Shown one piece after another: positions 16,237 through 23,913 of a DNA stretch of 24,812 bases. The notes beneath the pieces were generated by a model that saw only the letters and a list, made by a program, of their open reading frames with translations, did no database searches and was not told the origin of the DNA. The DNA is taken from assembly GCA_964480775.1 (NCBI GenBank), contig CAYZRF010000026.1, positions 1 to 24,812 on the forward strand. The letters run 5' to 3'. The first letter of the stretch is position 1. Each line of letters starts with the position of its first letter. The position numbers and the translations under genes were made by a program. This DNA comes from an uncultured Nitrososphaerota archaeon (GTDB taxonomy: Archaea; Korarchaeota; Korarchaeia; Korarchaeales; Korarchaeaceae).

Positions 16237-17457
16237 TTATTCTTCGGAGGCCCATCTTGGGAACAAGGCCACTGCTAGGGTTGTAAAGGCAACAGCAGAT
16301 ATCCCAAGGTATATTGATGGTCCGATTACTTGTGAGAGACCAGCTCCTCCGAGCAACACACCGCTTAAAGCTTCTGTTGCTTTTGTAAAAGGTAGAAGTT
16401 CTGAAAAAGTCCTAAGGGCTCCTGGGAGAAACTGAACTGGGAAGTATATGCCTATGAAGAATTGCAGAAGAACTCCAATTACAGTAGCTGCTTGTCCAGC
16501 AGCTCTTGGGCTTGGAGAGATCTCAGCTATCAATAGCCCCAGACTTATTCCACTCATATCGCCCATCAGCACAAGTGGAAAGATAGCTGGATCCCAGTTC
16601 ACTTCTGGTCTAAGCACAAAAATGGTAGTCGCGATAAGCACCAGTTGGGAGAATGAAAGTGCTATCAGTGCTGAGAGAATCTTTCCGAAAAGCAAGCTCC
16701 ATGTTGACGCCGTAGAGATTCTCAGCCTCTTTAGTGTTTTATTTTCTTTTTCTTCGACCAACGTCCATGTCGAGGATACCATGCCCGAGAACAAAAAGGA
16801 GTACACAAGCATAGTTGTTACCCATTGGCCTCTGTTCTCCCAGTAGGCAGCAGTATCTGAAGTCGCTTCGGGTTTTGATATTAACGCCATTGTAACGTTT
16901 ATTGGCCTCGCAAATGCCATCATTCTCTCTGCCATCTCCTCCTTATTCATGACATATTCTTCAAAGCTCAGGTTTTCTGGCATGTATTCTAGAATTCTTT
17001 GCAAGATTCTACGCCTGAACTCCGAATTGAACTCCTCAACAAAACCAGATATGAAAGATGTGAGCGTTTGCTGAACTGTTGCGTCTCCTTCCTTCACGTA
17101 AAATTCTACGTTGCCAACAAAGCCAGAGGTCAAGTTCTCCGTGAATCCTTTGGGTATCACAAGAAGGCCGACTAAATCCTTTTCTCCAGCCTTAACGGCC
17201 CTAAATGCCTCTTCTTCGGATTCGATGGCGTGAAGAGAAACTACACTTGTCGAATTTAGAGCCTCTATTATTGCCTTGGCCATTTGTCCTTTGTCCTTGT
17301 TAACACAAGCAATGTCAAATTTAGCGCTCTCTGCACTGAATATGGTTGAAAAAAGAAGCATCATTACTATGGGAAAGGCTATCACCCAAAACAAAGTGGC
17401 TCTATCTCTTACAAATAATAGGAAATCCTTCTTAGCTATGCCCCAACAGGGTCTCAT
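16237..17457 (-). CDS. ABC-2 family permease with a large extracytoplasmic loop after TM1
   Basis: KKDFLLFVRDRATLFWVIAFPIVMMLLF, a loop of about 170 aa, then 5 TM helices. ATGA start/stop overlap with the upstream ATPase gene. Confidence 0.85.
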   Translation of the reverse strand: MRPCWGIAKKDFLLFVRDRATLFWVIAFPIVMMLLFSTIFSAESAKFDIACVNKDKGQMAKAIIEALNSTSVVSLHAIESEEEAFRAVKAGEKDLVGLLVIPKGFTENLTSGFVGNVEFYVKEGDATVQQTLTSFISGFVEEFNSEFRRRILQRILEYMPENLSFEEYVMNKEEMAERMMAFARPINVTMALISKPEATSDTAAYWENRGQWVTTMLVYSFLFSGMVSSTWTLVEEKENKTLKRLRISTASTWSLLFGKILSALIALSFSQLVLIATTIFVLRPEVNWDPAIFPLVLMGDMSGISLGLLIAEISPSPRAAGQAATVIGVLLQFFIGIYFPVQFLPGALRTFSELLPFTKATEALSGVLLGGAGLSQVIGPSIYLGISAVAFTTLAVALFPRWASEE

Positions 17458-18389
17458 CTGATCGCCTCCATCAACCTCCTTCCTGTGAGGTTGAGAAACA
17501 CGTCTTCCAGAGATGGTGATCTTATTTCGACGCTTTCTGGATCTATTCCTGCAGATTGGAGTTTTGCTATGAGATCTGGAACTAGCTCCTCAGGTTTTTC
17601 GGTTCTTATTTCCAACCATTCCAGAACCCTAGTTAGAGAGTAGTCCGATAGGATTTTCTCCGCAGTTTCTAGGTATCTCATCTTCACGTGGATTATTATC
17701 TTTGAAGATCCTCCATGCAGCCGTTTCAGCTCATCTGGCGAGCCTATGGTAACTATCTTTCCCGAGTCCATTATTGCAACCCTATCACAAAGTTCGTCTG
17801 CTTCTTCCATGTAGTGAGTGCTTAGTAGAATTGTTTTGCCATCTTTCTTCATTTTCTCTATGAACCTCCAGAACTCCCTCCTAGCATCTGGATCCAAGCC
17901 AACTGTAGGCTCATCCAACACAATTATGGGAGGATCATGCAAGAGCGATGCAGCTAGACTTGCCCTCCTCTTTTGACCTCCAGAAAGCTTTCCAGTCCTT
18001 CTTCTCAACAAATCATTTAATTCCAGCATTTCCGATAGAATTCTCAGTCTTTCCTCAAATTTCTCCTTCGAAGAGGAGTAAAGCGATGCGATAAACTCTA
18101 AGTTTTCTAGAACTGTGAGATTATCATAAAGCATCGTCTCTTGAGGGTTAAATCCTACAATTCGTCCTATTTCTTTGGATTTCTTCGCGATATCCATTCC
18201 TAGCAAGATCACTTTGCCTGAATCAGCTCTTCTCAGTCCTACTATGATCTCCATTAAAGTTGTTTTACCAGCACCATTAGGCCCAAGCAGACCAAATATT
18301 TCTCTTTCCTCAACATTAAGGCATACGCTGTCCAACGCTGTGATATCTCCATATTTTTTTGAGACTTTTTCGACGATTACGGCTTTCAT
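17454..18389 (-). CDS. ABC transporter ATP-binding protein (DrrA/ABC-2 type)
   Basis: Walker A GPNGAGKTT, signature LSGGQKRRASL, Walker B IIVLDEPTVGLD, H-loop STH, and a C-terminal extension of about 90 aa. Confidence 0.9.
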   Translation of the reverse strand: MKAVIVEKVSKKYGDITALDSVCLNVEEREIFGLLGPNGAGKTTLMEIIVGLRRADSGKVILLGMDIAKKSKEIGRIVGFNPQETMLYDNLTVLENLEFIASLYSSSKEKFEERLRILSEMLELNDLLRRRTGKLSGGQKRRASLAASLLHDPPIIVLDEPTVGLDPDARREFWRFIEKMKKDGKTILLSTHYMEEADELCDRVAIMDSGKIVTIGSPDELKRLHGGSSKIIIHVKMRYLETAEKILSDYSLTRVLEWLEIRTEKPEELVPDLIAKLQSAGIDPESVEIRSPSLEDVFLNLTGRRLMEAIR

Positions 18390-18407
18390 TCCAAGTATCT
18401 CTGTTTG

Positions 18408-18425
18408 AACCTGATTTTAAGGGTT
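18408..18425. promoter_or_regulatory. AACC-N10-GGTT dyad in the ABC-2 operon promoter region, with the same half-sites and spacing as the 16102 dyad
   Basis: aacctgattttaagggtt lies 19-36 nt upstream of the ATPase ATG (18389). It encloses an A/T-rich TTAAAAT element on the minus strand. Confidence 0.3.
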
Positions 18426-18559
18426 TTGAATAGAGAGCTATTGAATAGTACCTTTGACTTAGTAACAAAGCATGTCAGTTTCTAAAATTCCAAGTGAACA
18501 GAAGAACGTGCACATGTCTACCATCTTATAAGAATTCCCGGTAGAGATTATTTGTGGGG

Positions 18560-19453
18560 ATGGCGATGAAAATAGTGAGTTTGGCTGAGGATCCTTACTG
18601 GGAGGAAAGAATAGTATGTGTCCTTAACAAGGGACTTGAGAGGGATTTCATATCTCCTCAAACCTATCAACATATTGTGAGGAGAGACCCGAACTTTGAC
18701 CCTAACCTCATCTTACTTGCCATCCAAGAAGATGAACTCATGGGAGTTCTAATAGGAGTAAAAAGGACAAAAGCACCAGCTGAAGTGATTGATAAGCAGA
18801 AGAAGGTGGCTTGGATTAAAGCCATCGCAATTCCCCCAAAAAGAAGAGAGACAGCTGTTTTCAATGTTCTATGTTCCTATTTTGAGAAACTTATACGAGA
18901 AGATGGAAGAACAATCATTAGGTTCGGTGACTTTGCTAGTTGGTATTTCTTTCCTGGAGTAGATGTGCTTTACGATTATTACTTGGATAATCTATTGAAT
19001 TTCGGCTTTAGAAAAGTCGGAGATTCGGTTAACTATGAAGTTGACATGAGAAGATTTTACATTCCTAAAAGAATCGTGAGAAAGGAGAAAAAGCTTCGAC
19101 AAGAAGGCATCTCTTTTAGAAAGGCCTCTCTAAAAGAGAAAGAAGCTCTTGTGCAGTGGGTTAGAGAGAAATTTTCCCCTTTCTGGGCCTATGAGGTAAG
19201 CTTGGGCTTTTCCAATGAATCAACAGGTGTATGGCTAGCTAAGTACGAAGGAAGAGTTGTGGCCTTTTCTGGTTATAGCTTGCTTGAGCCCAACTGGTTT
19301 GGGCCTATCGGAGTAGAAGAAGAAATGAGAGGAAAGGGCATTGGGACGGTGCTCCTATACAAAGCAATAAATTCTCTTAGATTAAGTGGCCACCGCATTG
19401 TTATCATTCCATGGACAGATCTTCTCTTTTTTATACCCAGCTTCCCGGGATAA
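18560..19453 (+). CDS. GNAT-family N-acetyltransferase, apparently two-domain
   Basis: The C-terminal GPIGVEEEMRGKGIGTVLLYKAI matches the acetyl-CoA-binding R/Q-x-x-G-x-G/A motif. The N-terminal roughly 150 aa have a second, degenerate GNAT-like pattern. The ORF is open from GTG 18554; ATGs are at 18560 and 18566. Confidence 0.7.
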   Translation: MAMKIVSLAEDPYWEERIVCVLNKGLERDFISPQTYQHIVRRDPNFDPNLILLAIQEDELMGVLIGVKRTKAPAEVIDKQKKVAWIKAIAIPPKRRETAVFNVLCSYFEKLIREDGRTIIRFGDFASWYFFPGVDVLYDYYLDNLLNFGFRKVGDSVNYEVDMRRFYIPKRIVRKEKKLRQEGISFRKASLKEKEALVQWVREKFSPFWAYEVSLGFSNESTGVWLAKYEGRVVAFSGYSLLEPNWFGPIGVEEEMRGKGIGTVLLYKAINSLRLSGHRIVIIPWTDLLFFIPSFPG

Positions 19454-19589
19454 TTGCTATTAGACATTTCTTCCGTGTCGTTAAAGAATTAAGGCTTTGA
19501 GTAGGCTATGAAATCAATGTTTTTTAATAAAAGATCGTTTGAAGGATCCTAGTAGCGCATTATAATGATCACTTCTGACAACTTTAGGA

Positions 19590-20171
19590 TCATGCTTTTT
19601 CTTGTATATATCTGAACTTAGACTTGTGAATTTCGTTGAATTCCTTAGCAAGAATGTCCATTATTATGAAATCATGTCTGCCGTCTGGTTGAAGAATGGC
19701 TTCCCTTAGCCTACCAACTTCCCTAAAACCGACTTTTTTGTAGCAATTGATCGCTCGTTTGTTGAAGTCCTTAACAAAGAGCCAAACATGGTGCAACTTT
19801 AAGCAATTGAAAGCGTAATCAAGTACCAAGATTGTTGCCTCAGTACCATATCCCTTTCCCCAATACTCCTTTCTTCCAATGAAGATGCCAAAAGTCGCTG
19901 TTCCATCATATGGATCTATACGATCAAGGCCCGTAACTCCTATTACTTCCTCCTCGGGTAGAGCCACTATTGGGAAATGTCTGCAGTTTGGATCCTTCCT
20001 TACTCTCTCTATCCATTCTTCCTCTCCTTCTGGGGTGATAACCCTCCTCATTGGAAGATAAATGGTCACCTCTGGATCATTCAGCCACTTAACAAATAAG
20101 GGGATGTATTCCTTCGATAAAACGGATAGCGCTACCTTCTTACCCTTAAGGATGTAGCATCTCTTGGACAT
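19590..20171 (-). CDS. GNAT-family N-acetyltransferase (RimJ/RimL-like)
   Basis: FGIFIGRKEYWGKGYGTEATILVLDYAF...NKRAINCYKKVGFREVG is typical of the Acetyltransf_3/RimL-type fold. Confidence 0.8.
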   Translation of the reverse strand: MSKRCYILKGKKVALSVLSKEYIPLFVKWLNDPEVTIYLPMRRVITPEGEEEWIERVRKDPNCRHFPIVALPEEEVIGVTGLDRIDPYDGTATFGIFIGRKEYWGKGYGTEATILVLDYAFNCLKLHHVWLFVKDFNKRAINCYKKVGFREVGRLREAILQPDGRHDFIIMDILAKEFNEIHKSKFRYIQEKA

Positions 20172-20386
20172 TATAGTATGGTGTAACTTTCCACTAAAAA
20201 TTTTGTAATCTTATGGAAAGAAGAATAACTGAAGTTCAACCAAGACAATCTTGTTGAATTGGATTTCAAACGAAGACATATTTAGAGTTCCTCTCTTCAA
20301 TCTCACAAATAACTGAGTTTGAAATACAGTTTCACAGAAGGTTCGAAGGATTTGACTTAAAGGCTTCCCATTTCCTATCTTCAAAG

Positions 20387-21223
20387 GTGTTGGTTGTGAA
20401 GATATACTTATCTGCAGATTTGGAGGGAGTATGCGGAGTAGTGGATGTTGAACATACCAGAAGAGATGGAAGAGAACACGATAGGGCTAGGAAGTGGATG
20501 GTTCAGGAAGTAAATGCAGCCGTTGAAGGTGCTTTGAAAGCAGGAGCAGAAAAAGTAGTTGTGAACGATTCTCATGGAACTATGAGAAATCTTTTGCCAG
20601 AAGAACTCCACCCAGAAGCAGAACTCATCATTGGATCTCCAAAGCCCATGAGTATGCTTCAAGGTCTTTCCAAGGATTTCGATGGAACCTTCTTCATAGG
20701 CTATCATGCTAGATCTGGAGCTTTCGGGGTTCTAAGCCATACATACTCAGGGAGCGTTGTCGCAGACCTAAAAGTGAATGGAAGATCTGTTGGAGAGCCT
20801 GGATTGAATGGTTTGGTCTCTAACTTTTATAGAGTTCCAGTTGCTCTAATCTCTGGAGACCAATTTGCAGTGGGAGAAGCCCAAGACCTTTTCCCTGGAA
20901 TTGTTGGCGTAATAACCAAGGAAGCAATGGGGAGATATGTTGCTAAGTGTCCTTCCCCTCAGAAAGCTAGGAAGATGATAGAAGAAGGTGCTTTTAAAGC
21001 CGTAAATCGCCTCAAAGAGGGCGAAATAAAACCAATTCAAGTGCCATCGCCGATAGAAATTCAGCTTAAATTTCTGAACCCTGGTATGGCAGATCTTGCT
21101 CAGAATTTACCAGGATCCGAAAGAGTAGACCCACTTACGCTAAGATATGTAGCAAAAAACATGCTTGAGGCATACAAAGCAACGAGGGTAATGATCTACT
21201 TAGGATACTCGGCTGTAAAATGA
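20387..21223 (+). CDS. dppA: M55 family D-aminopeptidase (DppA-like)
   Basis: KIYLSADLEGVCGVV...VVVNDSHGTMRNL...LHPEAELI.G.PKP.SM..GL...F....FIGYHAR...GVLSHT is collinear, from my memory of it, with Bacillus DppA along the whole length. Confidence 0.85.
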   Translation: MLVVKIYLSADLEGVCGVVDVEHTRRDGREHDRARKWMVQEVNAAVEGALKAGAEKVVVNDSHGTMRNLLPEELHPEAELIIGSPKPMSMLQGLSKDFDGTFFIGYHARSGAFGVLSHTYSGSVVADLKVNGRSVGEPGLNGLVSNFYRVPVALISGDQFAVGEAQDLFPGIVGVITKEAMGRYVAKCPSPQKARKMIEEGAFKAVNRLKEGEIKPIQVPSPIEIQLKFLNPGMADLAQNLPGSERVDPLTLRYVAKNMLEAYKATRVMIYLGYSAVK

Positions 21224-21242
21224 AAAGTGTTAAAATTTACAT

Positions 21243-22502
21243 TCATTTCTTAAGTAACTCGAGCGCAATCCCAACATAGGACCTGAATGCTTCCCTTAAC
21301 CTTTCCAGACTGACGAACTCATCTGGACAATGAGCCATTTCTCCAGCTCCTATCAGAATAGTTGGTATCCCACTCATAGTGTAAAGAAGCTCGGCATCCG
21401 TATAGCCGGTTCCATATACGACTGGGGGGTTATCAAGGCCAGTAGCCTCCCTTACTACTTTAAAGGCGGCATCAAACAGCTCCTTTCCTCTTGGATTCTC
21501 CATTGGTAGCATATATGCTGGCCTGTTCATTCCATACTCTTCAGCCTTAGCATAAAGCTCATAACCAGAATCTGAAAGAAAAGCTTCATAGATCCTCTTG
21601 TGAGACTCATTTATTTCTTCAACTAAGCTCCAAATCCTCTTTCTGACTGCACCTATGTCCTCCCCATAAACTATCCTTCTGTCGAAGTATATCGTACACT
21701 CGGACGGGACTTGGTTTATCTTTTTCCCTGCTTCTATGATTGTTGCTGCCAAAGGTGGCTTAAATTTCATAGCGGGAGATACGTAAGGGATCTCTATTTC
21801 TCCTGAGGAGACCCACATTTCCTTTAGGGCGCTGATGAAGTCCATTGCCCTGTATATGGCATTTATCCCAGTCTCTGGCTTAGAACTATGTGTAGCGATC
21901 CCATTTACCTTTAGGACGAACCTAAGCTTTCCATTATGACCTATTCTTACCCCAACAACTTCTCTATTCCAAACTGAACCCTCTCCTACTACCGCGAAAT
22001 CTGCTTTATTCTCGCTGAGGTAGCCCTGCTTGCACAAGTAATACGTACCCCTGATGTTCTCTGGTTCCTCAGTCCCTCCTTCCTCATTTACTACGGCTGT
22101 GAACACTACTTTTCCCTTCCACTGTGCTCTCACTTCCTTCAAAGCAAGAAGCGTCACAAGCGTCCCAACGAGAGAGCCCTTCATGTCGGAAGAAGCGAGG
22201 CCATAGAGTTTATTCTCTTCAATAACTGGTTTGTATGGATCCTTTTTCCACTCAGGAGTAGGAGGAACTGTATCCATGTGCCCATTAAACACTAGGGTCG
22301 GTCCCTCACCGTTTTCTAGGATCCCAATCACGTTACCAACCTCATCCATGAAGGAGTCAATCCCGCTTTCCTTCAAGAACGACAGAATCTTCTTGGCAAG
22401 CTCCTCTTCCTCTCCACTAACGCTTGGCGTGGATACGTACTCTTTTGTCAGCTCAACTACTTTTTCAAAGTAACTGTCAGCCAATTGGACAAATCCTAGC
22501 AA
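21243..22502 (-). CDS. M20 family metallopeptidase (ArgE/DapE/carboxypeptidase-like deacylase)
   Basis: LVFNGHMDTVPP, SSDMKGSL and VVNEEGG motifs provide the M20 metal ligands and catalytic residues. TTG start with GGTGA 5 nt upstream. Confidence 0.8.
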   Translation of the reverse strand: MLGFVQLADSYFEKVVELTKEYVSTPSVSGEEEELAKKILSFLKESGIDSFMDEVGNVIGILENGEGPTLVFNGHMDTVPPTPEWKKDPYKPVIEENKLYGLASSDMKGSLVGTLVTLLALKEVRAQWKGKVVFTAVVNEEGGTEEPENIRGTYYLCKQGYLSENKADFAVVGEGSVWNREVVGVRIGHNGKLRFVLKVNGIATHSSKPETGINAIYRAMDFISALKEMWVSSGEIEIPYVSPAMKFKPPLAATIIEAGKKINQVPSECTIYFDRRIVYGEDIGAVRKRIWSLVEEINESHKRIYEAFLSDSGYELYAKAEEYGMNRPAYMLPMENPRGKELFDAAFKVVREATGLDNPPVVYGTGYTDAELLYTMSGIPTILIGAGEMAHCPDEFVSLERLREAFRSYVGIALELLKK

Positions 22503-22614
22503 GGAATCACCCTCTCTGGAAGGGAGGGGTTGCTTTTAGTTTTTTGGCTGTTACCTTCATAGTTCCGTTCTTGAGGATCTGTTTCTCTTATTGCCGTGCT
22601 CTTCTTTGTAAGAT

Positions 22615-22624
22615 CTTATATTTT
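22615..22624 (+). promoter_or_regulatory. TATA-like box for the ATP-cone gene
   Basis: cttatatttt lies about 30 bp upstream of ATG 22651. GAGG is at 22643-22646. Confidence 0.35.
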
Positions 22625-22650
22625 CATGGGATGGATTCTATTGAGGAATT

Positions 22651-23214
22651 ATGGCTGATAAAAAAGTAGTAAAAATGGATGGTAGCTTAGAGGACTTTGA
22701 TCAAGCGAAGATAGAGAGATCTTGCGTAAATGCAGGCGCTCCTTCTGAAGTAGCAAAGGAGATAGCTGAAGAGGTAAGCAAAAAAGTCTATGACGGCATA
22801 ACAACGAGAGAGATAAGGGCTATGGTTTTAGAGGAGCTTGAGAGGAGGAATCCAGAGTGGGCTGACAACTGGAAGTTCTATGACAGGATAGTTAAGAACA
22901 GAATTACGTTTGAGAAGGGAAAGTTTGCAGTAGTTGAGAAAGGAAGCTTATACCTCGGAAGGGAAGTTAGGGACGTAGGAGAAAGGGGTTTAAGCGACGT
23001 AGAGGAGGTAAAAGCTATAGTTAAGGAATTGAAGGAGGATTTAGAGCATGGTGTTCCTTCGAGAACCATACATAACAGGACTTACGTCCTCTTTATGGCG
23101 GTCTTAAGGTCCAGAAAGCTTGACAGAGATGAAAAACTGAAGTCCATAGAAGCGATCAATGAGTTCAGGAAAGAAATTGGTTGGAAGCCATTTGAGCTTA
23201 AGAAGCCACTTTAG
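22651..23214 (+). CDS. ATP-cone domain protein with an uncharacterised C-terminal domain of about 100 aa
   Basis: VVKMDGSLEDFDQAKIERSCVNAGAPSEVAKEIAEEVSKKVYDGITTREIRAMVLEEL matches the ATP-cone consensus (v.KrdG..e.F...Ki..s........a..ia..V......i.t.eI...V...L). There is no P-loop or Zn ribbon. Confidence 0.8.
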   Translation: MADKKVVKMDGSLEDFDQAKIERSCVNAGAPSEVAKEIAEEVSKKVYDGITTREIRAMVLEELERRNPEWADNWKFYDRIVKNRITFEKGKFAVVEKGSLYLGREVRDVGERGLSDVEEVKAIVKELKEDLEHGVPSRTIHNRTYVLFMAVLRSRKLDRDEKLKSIEAINEFRKEIGWKPFELKKPL

Positions 23215-23256
23215 GACATCCATAGATGGCTTAACGCTCTAAAATAGGTGTGAGGG

Positions 23257-23817
23257 ATGAGAGTTGCAGTTCTGTTATTTCATGGAGTAGAAAAGCTGGA
23301 CTTTGCCGGTATTTATGAGGTTCTCGCCAAGGCAAGACTTTATGGATGCGACACAGAAGTGAGAACAATAGCTAGGGAGAATCCAATAAAATGCGCTAAC
23401 AGTCTAATTGTTGTTCCTCATGAGTCCCTTGAAGGTATTTACTCTTGTGACGTCCTTGTTATACCTGGAGGAAGAGGCATAAACTCTCTTATGGAAGATG
23501 AGGAGTTGTTAGAGCTTATCAAAACATTTAGTGAGGAGAAGATGGTGTGTTCTGTTTGCACAGGAGCTTTTTTGCTGGCCAAAGCGGGGATACTTGAAGG
23601 CAAGAGGGCAAGAACTCATCATGCTTACTTGGATATACTTGCCAAGCTCTGCCAAGTGGAGAACGATAGAGTGGTTGAAGATGGTAAAATCATGACTTCT
23701 GGGGGTGTCTCAGCATCGATAGACTTAGGTATCAAAATACTGGAGAGGTTTTGTGGATCCGAGGTAGCAAGAAAGGTGGCCGAAAGGATAGAGTGGCCTC
23801 TAGCTCAGAGTGACTGA
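23257..23817 (+). CDS. DJ-1/PfpI (ThiJ) family protein
   Basis: VLVIPGGRG and the nucleophile-elbow VCSVCTGAFLLAKAGILEGKRARTHH, in a 186-aa flavodoxin-like layout. Confidence 0.85.
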   Translation: MRVAVLLFHGVEKLDFAGIYEVLAKARLYGCDTEVRTIARENPIKCANSLIVVPHESLEGIYSCDVLVIPGGRGINSLMEDEELLELIKTFSEEKMVCSVCTGAFLLAKAGILEGKRARTHHAYLDILAKLCQVENDRVVEDGKIMTSGGVSASIDLGIKILERFCGSEVARKVAERIEWPLAQSD

Positions 23818-23913
23818 CTATCCAAGTTAGATTCAATTTTCATACTTCAATCTGGATTATTCATGGCTTGTCAAGGAAATGCTTATACAGTTATACTTAG
23901 AAGCAACCTAAGG

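Noticed and set aside
18426-18448. 8-bp direct repeat TTGAATAG spaced 15 bp apart, upstream of the ABC-2 operon
   Set aside because: It is a short repeat in AT-rich DNA with only two copies. It could be regulatory, but I cannot distinguish it from chance without comparative data.
20235-20258. Imperfect inverted repeat ttcaaccaag-acaat-cttgttgaa in the GNAT/DppA divergent promoter region
   Set aside because: It needs a bulge, the arms are short, and there is no adjacent regulator gene or second copy. Support is low.
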